From positions 34,533,231-34,597,230 of the forward strand of contig NC_083435.1 of the NCBI RefSeq assembly GCF_020745735.1: DNA of 64,000 bases. Direction: 5' to 3'. Within the stretch, counting starts at the first letter, position 1; every line of letters begins with the position of its first letter. A model generated the notes under the pieces. That model saw only the letters and a list, made by a program, of their open reading frames with translations. It was not told where the DNA came from and did not search any database. Shown here in pieces: positions 26,901-38,114 of the stretch. This DNA is from Hemiscyllium ocellatum. Lineage: Eukaryota. The translations under genes and the position numbers were made by a program.

Positions 26901-27229
26901 TTTGAGGTTGTAGAGGACTGATCGTGCAAAAGATCCCTCGAACGGAACAGTGTGGGCTGAGGATCTCTAACTCAGACTGAGGCAGGGACCATATTTCCAA
27001 TGCAATGCAGTGTTGCCCAGTCTAGGGGATGGTGGTGATACAGACCCTGGGAAAAGCTCTCCTCTCAGACACACACTGGGGCAGGGGGCACTGCTGGCAT
27101 CTCACTGTGCTTCGGGGGAGGCAGGGAAGTGCTTAGATTTTCCTGTGCTCCCCAACCAATCCAGGGGAAGGAGGGGCAGTGCAGGCATCTCCCTTCGCCA
27201 CACCGCCTCACGCCCGGAGCCGCTCTCAA

Positions 27230-27490
27230 CTTTCCAGGGCAGCACCTCACTCTCCCGGATACCAATAGTGGACGGACATGTCGCGAGAACTTCTTGGAAA
27301 ATGGCTTCCCCTCTCTCATTCATGAATCTCTCCGCATAAGACTTCATCCAGTCTTTAACCAAAATGAACCTCTTCTGGTTAAAGTCGAAATACATGTTCA
27401 GCAGTTGGTGGTAGATGAACTGGTCGAAGTAGATCCATTTCCTGGAGCTGTTAAACTCACAGCCGGGAGCTATGCTCAAGGCACGAGTCT
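27230..27490 (-). pseudogene. MHC IIbeta beta1 (peptide-binding) exon: open frame, mutated donor
   Basis: Branch-like CACTAAC and tctttgtgcctctcag | xTRALSIAPGCEFNSSRKWIYFDQFIYHQLLNMYFDFNQKRFILVKDWMKSYAERFMNERGEAIFQEVLATCPSTIGIRESEVLPWK G | ttgag. 261 nt with no stop; both Cys and the N-S-S sequon are kept. The donor reads TT instead of GT (27229-27228). Confidence 0.9.
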
Positions 27491-27564
27491 CTGAGAGGCA
27501 CAAAGATTTTAATGGAGTTAGTGCGGGTGCGAGCCTGCTGGTCATTTGTATTTAATATCAGTAC

Positions 27565-27625
27565 CATTCACAGTAATCACAATGTAACGTATGAAAACAA
27601 GCTGGAGGGGAAGACAGCAGCACAT
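27565..27625 (-). pseudogene. Tentative MHC IIbeta leader exon
   Basis: ATG 27625 gives MCCCLPLQLVFIRYIVITVN plus G|gtactg, phase-compatible with the beta1 exon across a 74-nt intron. The donor is weak and I cannot confirm similarity to known leaders. Confidence 0.25.
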
Positions 27626-28080
27626 TTCAGGAGCCCCCGAATGCCCACTGGGGTGAAATACTTTGGGAAATTACTATAATCTTTGAAATATCAACTGAAG
27701 AAAACAAATTCAGTCACAGTTGCATCTCCCTGGCAGACGGAACATGAACCCAGGCCTTCTTGTTACAGATAAAGACATGACCACTCGGTGCAAGACACAC
27801 ACACACACCCCATAGCCTAAGAGGCAGGGATACTTCCACTGCAGTACAAGACCCCCATGATTTGAGATTGTTTATGATCAATCATCACAGTCCATGGACA
27901 CATCGGCAGGAGTTCCTCAGTCTAGAAATTCTCAAATTCACCAGTTCAAATATTTTATTACTACCTCGAGAGCAGATGTGGCTTAAATCTACACGCCCTG
28001 GCTCAGGTGGGGACTTTGCCACTCTACCATAACAGCCCTCCTAATTTGTTTTCAACTTAATTTTTTTGAATAAAGGCAAC

Positions 28081-28380
28081 AGTGGGCGGCACGGTGGCAC
28101 AGTGTTTAGCACTGCTCCCTCACAGCACCAGGGACCTGGGTTCAATTCTCGTCTCAGGCAATGTCTGTGTGGAGTTTGCATATTCTCCCAGTGTCTGTGT
28201 GGGTTTCCTTTGGGTGCACCGGTTTCCTCCCACAGTCAAACATGTGCAAGTTCAGTGAATTGGCCAAGATAAGTTGCCCGATGTGTTAGGTGAAGGTGGG
28301 TGTGTTGCTCTGCGGAGGGTCGGTGTGGACTTGTTGGGCTCAAGGGCCTATTTCCACACTGTAAGTAATCTAATCTAAAT
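28081..28380 (+). mobile_element. HE1-type SINE
   Basis: gtgggcggcacggtggcacagtg head through ...ccacactgtaagtaatctaatcta tail; small internal deletion. Confidence 0.9.
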
Positions 28381-28689
28381 AGGGCGAAACAATCGTTCCA
28401 TGAAAACTCGGGGAACTAAGTCACATGCACAACAGATTAATGTCGAACTTTTGATTCATTATTGCCAAACAAACCTCTGAGTATGTCTCATATCAACAAA
28501 AAGCATATATTTTACTCAATGTCAACATTTTTTTAAAAATCAGTACTTATCATAAAGTTTTACTTTCCTTACATGGGGACATACATCAAACAGTTGAATA
28601 TTGAGGAAGCATAGACCTTCCATCAAACACTTAAGATGTTCCAGACTTCGTTCAAAAATTCAAAAACACTGCACAATATTTGTTGATGC

Positions 28690-28825
28690 CAGGCAAAAGT
28701 GAGCACTGCAGATGCTGGAAACCAGAGTTTAGATCCGAGTGGTGCTGAAAAAGCACAGCAAGTCAGGCAGCATCCGAGTAGCAGGAAAATCGACGTTTCA
28801 GACAAAAGCCCTTCATCGGGAATAG
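28690..28825 (-). repeat. Short Penelope-pLTR-like repeat with degenerate hammerhead core
   Basis: Minus strand reads CCGATGA-AGGGCTTTTGTCT-GAAACGTC. Confidence 0.5.
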
Positions 28826-28909
28826 GGTTGATGCCAGTTGTTTGTAATGCTTCTCCATTCTTATTAATGACAACATATCTTTTGTTTATTGACTTGTCTG
28901 ATTGCTATA

Positions 28910-29425
28910 TACTCAGTCAGCTGTACAGCACAGAAATAACCCGTTCGATCCAACTTGTCAATGCTGACCAGATATCCTAACCTAATCTATTTCCATTTGC
29001 CAGCACTCGGCCCACATCCCTCTAAACCCTTCCTATTGATATACCCATCCGGATGCTTTTTAAAGGCTGTAATTGTACTAGCCTCCAACACTTCATTTGG
29101 CAGCTCATTCTATACATGCACCACCCTCTCCGTGAAACATTTGCCACTTAGGTCTCTTCTATATCTTTCCCGTCTCATGCTAAACCTATACCTCAAACTT
29201 TGGACTCCCCCATCCCAGGGAAAAAGACTTTTCTATTTATCCTATCCATGCCCCTCAATTTTATAAACCACGAGAACACTTAGCTTCTGATGCTCCAGGG
29301 AAAACAGCCACAGCATATTTAGCCTCTGCTGAGAGCTCAAACCCTCACAATATCCTTGTAAATCATTTTGGAGACTTTCAAGTTTCACAACATCCTTCGG
29401 ATAGGCAGGAGATCAGAACTGCAAG
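28910..29425 (-). mobile_element. CR1 3' fragment
   Basis: CR1 3' end and RT C-terminus on -. Confidence 0.85.
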
Positions 29426-29459
29426 AGAAGGTTCAATTAAACACAATCAAGAATGAACC

Positions 29460-30437
29460 CACGTTGGTTCCTCTACTTTTTGTCATTATATAAATGATTT
29501 GGATGCGAGCATAAAACGTATGGTTAGTAAGTTTGCAGATGACACCAAAATTGGAGTTGTAGTGGACAGCGAAGAAGGTTACCTCAGATTACAACAGAAT
29601 CTGAATCAGATGGGTCAATGGGCTGAGAAGTGGCAGAGTTTAATTCATATAAATGCGAGGTGCTGCATTGTAGGAAAGCAAATCTCAGCAGGAGTTCTAC
29701 ACTTAATGGTAAGATCCTAGGGAGTGTTGCTGAACAAAGAGACCGTGGAGTGCAGGTTCACAGCTAATTGAAAGTCGAGTCCCAGGTCGATAGGACAGTG
29801 AAGAAGGTGTTTGATCTGCTTTCCTTTATTGGTCAGAGTGTTGAGTACGGGAGTTGGGAAGTCATGTTGCGACTGGACAGGTCATTGGTTAGGCCACTTT
29901 CGGAATATTGAGTGCAATTCTGGTCTCCTTCCTATCGGAATAATGTTAGGAAACTTGAAAGACTTTAGAAAGGACTTACAAAGATGTTGCCAGAGTTGGA
30001 GTATTTGAGCTGTAAGGAGATGCTGAACAGCCTGGGGTTGTTTTTGCTGGAGCGTTAGAGGCTGAGGGATGACTTTATGGAGGTTTACAAAGTCATGAGG
30101 GGCATGGATATATTAAATAGACAATGTCTTTTCCCTGGGGTCGGGGAGTTCAGAACTATAGGCCATAGGTTTAGGGTGAGAGGGGAAAGATATGAAAGAG
30201 ACTGAAAGGAAAACTTTTTCATGCAGCGTATGGAAAAAGCTGCCAGAGGAGGTAGTGGACTCTGGTAGAATTGCAACATTTTAAATGCATTTGGATGGGG
30301 AGATGAATAGTAAGTGTTTGGAGGGATATGGGCCGGGTACTGGCAGGTGGAACGAGGTTGCATTGGGATACCTAGTCGCATGGACGGGTTGGACCGAAGG
30401 GTCTGTTTCCATGCTGTACATCTCTATGACTCTGACT
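29460..30437 (+). mobile_element. CR1 3' ~1 kb
   Basis: MVSKFADDTKIGVVVDSEEGYLRLQ; ends ctctatgactctgactc. Confidence 0.9.
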
Positions 30438-30449
30438 CCATTAGGAGAT

Positions 30450-30570
30450 GCTGGTGGTGGACTGGAGTATTTGAAGTTAAAAATCACACAGCACCAGGTT
30501 ATAGTCCAACAGGTTTAATTGTAAGCACTAGTTTTCTAAGCAGCACTACTTCATTAGGTGGTTGTGTGAT
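30450..30570 (+). repeat. Dispersed shark repeat (PLE-associated); inverted relative at ~40095-40215
   Basis: aaatcacacagcaccaggttatagtccaacaggtttaatt here. The 40-kb copy carries CTGATGA...GAAA (40105-40129). Confidence 0.55.
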
Positions 30571-31044
30571 TTTGTATCTCTATTCAGTACTGCAGACCTA
30601 CAGCAGTGGGGCACTTTTAAAAACTATACTTAACTGTTCCTTTGCTGGTTCCTCCAAGGTTAGTTGTGAATTTCATTGTTTGTTATTATTTTTCCAGATG
30701 CACTCTGCTGTCCAGAGATTCATGAACTCACAAAGCAAAAAACACTAATTGTGCAGATTCACTGTCAGTTTGCAGGTTTCTTTCTGTCTGTTTGTCTCGC
30801 TTCTGCCTATGTGCTTGCTTTCTTTGTCTGCCTTTCATCATTTTAAAGAACCGTTGTTTAAACCTTTCTCTCCAAACTCCAAAACAATGGAACAGCATAT
30901 GAAACACTTATGAAATAGTTGATCCCGTAATTCAAGGAAATGACCTTCAACACCCAAGAACCTCAAAAAGGACCAACTCTTTACAGCCACAGTTTTTCCT
31001 GTCCTCCACCTTGGATTGCGCAGAATATTAATATACTCTCATCA

Positions 31045-32455
31045 GAACAATATTAGGCTATTCAACCCTTTAGGTCTGCTGTTCTATTCAATAATATCAT
31101 GTCTGATCTTGTGTGGTCTCCCCTCTTCTTCCCTGAACCCATGACTTCTTATACTGTTTGGTAAGCTTCAGTGATATTGCCTTGAATAAGTTAAATCAGC
31201 CTCCACTAGCTGCTGGGATTAAAATTCCACATTCTGATGGCCCTCAATATATGTTAAGTCTTAAAAAGGAGACTTCCCCTTAAAACTATTTACTGAGCTC
31301 CCCCCATAAAAGGACACCCCCTGCCCCGACATTCCGTCGTATCCTGTCCCTTCTTGTGTGTTCCAATAAGGTCATTTAATTTATCTCAACATCAACCCAA
31401 TATGGAGTTAACTGTTCAACCTTCTCTCGCAAGATTCCTTGACCTCAGGAATCAATCAACTGAACATTTTCTGAGCTGCTTCTGAATCAGTTATGTCCCT
31501 GCTCCCAAAAAACCAAAATTATATTCTACTCCAAATATGGTCTCACCAAAACACTGAACAACTACCATAGAAGTTAATTACTATTCTCCTTGCAGTAAGT
31601 ACTAACATTCGTTTTGCCTTCTGAATCACTATTTCCAGTTCAATTTTTATTTATGCTCTAACACACTCAGATTGCTCTCTACATTCAGATTCTGATATAT
31701 CTCTCCCCATTTAAGTTATCTATTACTCAATCCAAAAATGGGAATGTTCACATTTATCTACATAATCCTCCACCGATCAAATTTTAACTATTCACTTAAC
31801 TCATTTGCATACTCACCGCTAAACTTGGTATGATTAAATTTCACTCTCATACATTCGGTCCACTCATCCAGCTTAAATCGTAGATAATTGAGATTATCAT
31901 CTCATCCCATCCCTGTGGCATTGTACAGAGACAGCGTGCCATTTAGAGTTAGAGTCATAGAAGTACAACACGGAACCAGACGTTTCAGCCTAACTTGTCA
32001 GTGCTGACCAGATATCCGAACCTAATTTCGTCCCATTTGCCAGCACTTGCCACATATCCCTTTAAGTCTATTCATATGCTCATCTACACGACTTTGAAAT
32101 GTGTAATTTTACCAGCCTCCACCACTTCCTCTGGTAGCTCATTCCATACACACATCTTCTGCGCGACAAAGTCTTCCCTTAGGTCCTGTTTATATCTTTT
32201 CCCTCTCATTTTTAAACCCCTGCCCACTCGTTCTGATCTTCCCAGGGAAAGATCCATTTATCATATCCATGTCCCTGAAAATTTTATAAACCTCTAATGT
32301 CACCCCTCAGCCTCCGACACTCAGGGAAAATAGACCCAGCCTATTCAGCCTCTTCCTACAGCCCAAATTCTCCAACGCTGGCGACATTCTTTCAAATCTT
32401 CTCTGAACTCTCACAATTTTCACAGCATATTTCCAATAGGAAGGAGATGAGAATT
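31045..32455 (-). mobile_element. Two CR1 3' fragments (~31045-31850 and ~31950-32455)
   Basis: CR1 tails and RT C-terminal sequence on -; two subfamilies. Confidence 0.7.
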
Positions 32456-33324
32456 ATTCCCACACTGCTTCTGGTTATTTCATTAATTCTTTATCCATGC
32501 AAATGTGTTATTTCCAAATTTTTCTGTACAGTCAGATTTAATATGTATGGAAATCCAAGCAGACCACATATACTAATTCTGATTACCTTGGGTATTACTG
32601 CACCACAACTATAGGACTACTGACAATTTTTCTTTTGTAAAATAATATTGTGGTGAGATCAGGACAAAAAAACAATTTAAGTTAGGTATCCTTTCATCAG
32701 ATGACAAATGTTAGGCTAACCAAATAATATCTTCCTGTTCTCTGCCTCCCTCAAAAGGCAATGTCTTTTTGAAACCTACTGGGCAAACTGACGATAAAGT
32801 TGTTTCCCACCACCTCTTCCGTTTATCTTTGTACCTTGCGCATCTTCTTGTCTATACTTTTATCACTGCTTGAAACATTTTACATTTTTTTAAAAAATAA
32901 TTCACCTGCAACAGTAACAATTTCATTCAGCAGATGCTTTCACATCAGCTGTGCTTTTTCAGCACATTTTAATCATTTTTAAATTCCTATTTCGAGCATT
33001 CTAGTAAGCTAACAGTTTTCTTTAAGATTCAAATGGAACATACTTTCTACTGAAAACAGAAAACTCCTGTGCCTCACAAAATAACCTTCAACAACACCAG
33101 GCTGCATGAGTACCTTAAGCTGGTAAATCAGCTCATCTCATGGCTGGAATGAGTGAACACCTTTCAACCTCAGTGTACCAAGTACTGAATGTCCAAAACT
33201 GAATTGAGGGAGATCATACCAATGTTTAAAGAAGCTTTAACATTTCATGCTTACAGGTAAACGGCCACCTTTCTCATCAGCGCAATAGCCACTTCAATAA
33301 TTGAAGCCAATGACCACTATGTAG

Positions 33325-33690
33325 AGTCATGACAATAGACACTTCAGTCCAACTTATCCATTCCGACCAATTATCCCGATCTACTCTCGTCCCATATGCC
33401 AGCACTTAGCCCATATCCCTCTAAACCCTTCCTTTCCGTACATCCATCCACATGCATTTTAAATGCGGCAACAGTACCAGTGTCTACGACTTCTTCTGGC
33501 AGCTCATTCCACATACTCAGCACCCTCTGCGTGAAAATGTTGCCCCTTGAGTCCCTTGTATATCTTTCGCTTTTCACCCTAAGTCTATACCCTCTCGTTC
33601 TTGAATCCCCCACCTCAGGGATGAGCTTTATCTATTCACCCTATCTATTCCCCTCATGATTGCATAAACCTTTACAGAGGATCCTCAATT
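33325..33690 (-). mobile_element. CR1 3' fragment
   Basis: ORF 33371-33613(-): TRGYRLRVKSERY...FTQRVLSMWNELP. Confidence 0.85.
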
Positions 33691-34084
33691 TTCTGAATAT
33701 CAATTATCCGAATATTTAGTTCTTCGAATGAGATTGCGACGTCACGATAGAAAGATAACTTCAAAGAGCTGTTTCAACCCTGATTGCGTCTTTTGTTTAC
33801 AGGTACAATGATTAAAAACGAACTCGGCTCACTAAAATGCTGCTGAGACCAGTCCTGGACAGTCCAGGCACTGCCTCAAAACGACTGACCTCCCGCCCTG
33901 TCTCTTCCTCCAACACTTTCCCTCGGATTCTACACAAGGGTGTACTTGTGTAAACCCCCATTCCACAGATAATTGCGCTGGCATTACCCTGTACATGCAA
34001 AAGTGGAACCTGTCAAAAAGTTGGAGTAAAATGTTGTGTGCATGTGTGTGCTATTTGGAGACCCCACCTGCAAAGTCAGCAGCA

Positions 34085-35365
34085 AAAGAATAATTTGATT
34101 TGGGATGGTCAGCATGGTTTTGTGAAGGATAGGTCGTGTCTCACAAATCTTATTGAGTTCTTTGAGAAGATGACTAAACAGGTAGATGAGAGTCAACCGT
34201 TTGCTGTGGTGTATATGGACTTCAGCAAAGCGTTCGATAAGGTTCCCCACAGTAGGCAATTGTACAAAATTTCGATGAATGGCGTTGTGGGAAATATAGC
34301 AGTTTGGATCAGTAACTGGCTTGCTGAAAGAAGGCAGAGGGTGGTAAAGGTTGATGGGAAATGGTCATCCTGAGTCCAGTTCCCAGTAGTGTACCGCAAG
34401 GTTGGTTGTTGTGTCCACTGTTGTTCGTCATTTTTATAAATGACCTGAATGAGGGCGTAGAAGGGGGGCTTAGTAAATTTGCAAACGGCACTAAGGATGG
34501 TGGAGTTGTGGATAGTGACGAAAGATGTTGTTGGTTACAGAGAGACATAGCTAAGCTATAGAGCTGGGCTGTGTGGTGGCAAATGGAATTAAATGTGGGC
34601 AAGTGCGTGGTGATTCACTTTGGTTGGAATAACCGGAATGCAAGGTATTGGGCGAATGGTAAGATTCTTGGTAGTGTAGATGAGCAGGAGATGTCGGTGT
34701 CCAGGTACACAGACCCTTGAAAGTTGCCACCAAGGTTGACAGCATTGTTCAGCAGGCATTCAGTGTGTTAGCTTTTATTCATAGAGGAATCGATTTCTGG
34801 AAACATGAGGTTATGCTACTGCTGTATAAAACTCTGGTGCGGCCACAATTGGAGTATTGTGTACCGTTCTGGTTACCGCATTATAAGAAGGATGTGGAAG
34901 CTTTGGAAAGGGTGCAAAGGAGATTCACTAAGATGTTGCCTGGTATGCAGGGAAGGTCTTACGATAAAAGGCTGAGGGACTTGAGGATGTTTTCATTAGA
35001 GAGAAGAATGTTGGAAGGTGACTTAATAGAGGCATATAAGATAATCAGGGTTAGATAGGGTGTACAGGGAGTCCCTTTTCACAAGTATGGTGACGGTGAG
35101 AGCGAGGGGGCATAGCTTGAAATTGAGGGGTGACAGATACAGGACAGATGTCAGAGCTAGATTATTTACTCAGGGAATAGTAAGGTTATGAAATTGTTTG
35201 CGTGCAACAGTAGTAGATTCGCCAACTTTAAGTACATTTAAGTCGTTATTTGACAATTATATGGATGTACATGGAATCGTTAGATGGGCGTCAGATTGGT
35301 GCGACAGGTCGGCAAAACATCGAGGACCAAAAGGACTCTACTGCGCTGTAATGTTCTGTGTTCTA
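34085..35365 (+). mobile_element. CR1 RT through 3' end
   Basis: QHGFVKDRSCLTNLIEFFE, YMDFSKAFDKVPH, SVPQG, YKTLVRPQLEYCV; (TTCTGTG/TTCTATG)-type tail. Confidence 0.92.
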
Positions 35366-36341
35366 TGTTCAGTCTTACTGTTTCTGTACAGTCCAGCTGC
35401 CCTGGGGATGGGCGGGCATGGAGATGAGGCAAATCAGCCGGGGGGCAGGGGCACAGACAGGTGTTGGACGGTGGGTGTGGGGGTCAGGCATGCGCAGACG
35501 GGCTTGGTGGTGAAGGCAGTGTTGGGGGCCAAGGTTACCTCCTTTGGTGAATGGCGAGCAGAATTCACATAAAATCCCAAGCCCCAGAGGAAATCAATTA
35601 ACCAAATAATAAATAACCTGAATGAAATAGTGCTCGCCCATCTGATGCAGATAATCGAGTTTCCTTTGTGTAAGGTCACCGCTTAAACTCTGATGCACTG
35701 GAAAAACAACCCCAGCCTACTCAGCCTCTTCCTGTAGTGCAAATCTTTTCTGAACCCTTTCATGTTTCACAACATATTTCCAATACCAAGGAGATCAGAT
35801 TTGTGCGCAATATTCAATATAGGATGAGTTTAAAATGTAAACTTGACAATGCGTCAGGACAAGAGGGAGCAAACCATTCCTTACATTTCACCCAAAGTGT
35901 GAACCGTAGAGATAGAAACGCAAAGTGTCACAGAAAGTGTTGTTAACGACTTTCTATATAAACATTATAGTTTTTTAATTGAGGTTACTGTTGACTGACG
36001 AGTTATGGGGAGATGGCCAGAAAGTGAGCATAGGAATAAGGACCCAGATTGTGTCTTAGAGAGGGTCCGAGGGAGCAGATCACTACAAGCTCCTCTGGCG
36101 GCGATGTCGCAGGACCTGACCCCACATGGAGGAAAATGCAGACACCCCCCCCCCGATTATAGCCGGGAGTCACTCGATATCCCTATCAACCCCGGAGCTG
36201 CAATCCCTCTGACGTGGGCAGAGCAGAGTTTTGCTCCTCTCCGGGGACCTCTCACCAGCTCCACTGTCTCTACCTCCATTGAGGAGGATAAATGTCCTCT
36301 TGAGGAGGATGAGGAAGATCCTGAGGGAGCGGCGGTCAGAC

Positions 36342-36957
36342 TTTATTATTAATTTCAATAATGTTGTTTATTCATAAACATTCCATTTCTTTGCGTACAG
36401 AGATCAGAATTTATCATTTGCATATGCAGGTCTTACGTTTACCAATCATATATATTTACGTATAGCTGAGGCATCAGCACAGCCCACTTACTGCGTGGAC
36501 CCCCTGTTCTTAGGCAGGCAAACAATACACAGTGGTCTTTCCCCACCAAGCCTTTGCGGCAGCTGCTTCAAGCTTTAGCGCGTCCCTCAATACATAGTCC
36601 TGGGCCTTGGAATGTGCCAGTCCGCAACACTCAGTCGGGATCAGCTCCTTCAGCTGGGAGATCAACAGGTTTTGGAGAGAGCAAAGAGTGTCTTTGACCA
36701 ATTCATGATCCTCCAGGTACAGTTGATGTTCGTCTCAGTATGTGTCTCGGGGAACAGACTGTAGAGCACAGAGTCCCGCATAACGGAGCAGGTTGGGTCG
36801 CACCTCGATAAGCATGACTGAATTCGTCTCCAGATTTCCTTTGGGTAGGCACATTCCAAAAGAAGGTGTGTGACAGTCTCGTCCCCTCCGCAGCCACTTC
36901 GAGGGCAGTGTGCAGTGCGGCAGAGAGTCTGGGCGTGCATAAAGGATCTCACCACCA
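36342..36957 (-). mobile_element. Tx1-clade (L1-Tx1) LINE, 5'-truncated, with 19-bp TSD
   Basis: CPRSGCGGDETVTHLLLEC zinc-knuckle and DYVLRDALKL...AAKAWWGKTTV C-terminus. Flanked by gagggagcggcg[g/a]tcagac at 36323-36341 and 36958-36976. Confidence 0.88.
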
Positions 36958-37158
36958 GAGGGAGCGGCGATCAGACACTCCAAACAGATCCATTCCCGAG
37001 ACAGAGACTGAATCCCAAAGCTACCCGGAAAGATCGTTGAATAAACATCCTAGCCAACCAGAACTAGGGATAGACAGAGGGACAGGACTTCAACAATCAC
37101 TGTCCAATTAGAATTAAGGATAAAATATCCAAGCAATGCTGGAAGTAGAAGGCCAGGA

Positions 37159-37379
37159 CCAATCATAAATGTTCAATAATCGGGTGGTTGGGGGTGAGGG
37201 TGAGAGCTAAGCCAATCAGAGTCGGTATACATGCAATGAGTGGCCAATCAAGAAGAGAAACACCACGGGAGGAGACCAATCAGTCCGCGAAGTATTGGTC
37301 TGCATCTGTTACCTGGTGAAAGTCGAACAACCAGCGGAGAGTATTACAGCTACCTGTCCAGTGGACCAATCAGAATTGG
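37159..37379 (+). promoter_or_regulatory. CCAAT-box cluster (putative NF-Y promoter)
   Basis: CCAATCA at 37159, 37212, 37244, 37276 and 37366, plus ATTGG at 37294 and 37375. Confidence 0.5.
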
Positions 37380-38114
37380 GATGGGCGTTCGGTTATTGAC
37401 TCGAACATTAATCGACAGAAGGGGCCTATCATCACCTGTTGTCAGGCGAAAGTTGGCAGTTTGTTTTGAGAGTCCTGAAGTCCCTTGTTATTGGTGACAG
37501 GTCAATCAGAACACATTAACTTCACCACATGGGGACTGGAAACTACAGTACACCAAGGGACTTTGGGTGATTCAGATATGAAGTGCAAAGAGGCCGGTAT
37601 TCCATCATTCCTTTGTTTACAAGCATACATTGCATTGTTGTGGCTAGCCTGTTGAGACAGTCGCTGGAGTGAGGAGATTCTGAATCCCCTGGTGTTATAC
37701 ATAGATATTTTTCCTGGTTATATTTTCTTATATACAAAAATTAACATAACGTCACAGACCCAATACGTAACAGCAAAACAGATCACTGAGAGTAGAGACA
37801 TTAACATGCAACATATTGAGAAAAGACATCTCAGTTTAAACAGGAAACTCAAAAGTCTCAAACACGACGAATGGCAAAATATCTAGAACACTGCGAAAAA
37901 TCACATTGCATTTTAAACAGTAAATTCAGAGTCCACATAATGTTGCAGAATCTCCAACACGACTCATGGCAAAGTCACGATGCATCACGCAATTTGCTAA
38001 AGAGCAGAGCTGTTGACATAGAACATCGTACAGAAACACATTTTATTTCAAACAATAGAACATTTTTTCAGATATTCGCTGCACAAAATTCAAGCTATCG
38101 GTCAAGTCACACAA

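Larger units (their letters stand above)
21469..27490 (-). pseudogene. MHC class II beta chain pseudogene (beta1, beta2, TM and cytoplasmic exons)
   Basis: Four exons in the correct order with phase-1 junctions: 27230-27490, 24787-25069, 23370-23485, 21469-21498. Translations match shark class II beta as I recall it. Lesions are listed under each exon. Confidence 0.93.

Noticed and set aside
27630-28080. MHC class II S-X-Y promoter boxes
   Set aside because: I found no CTGATTGG Y-box upstream of the tentative leader, so the leader call stays weak.
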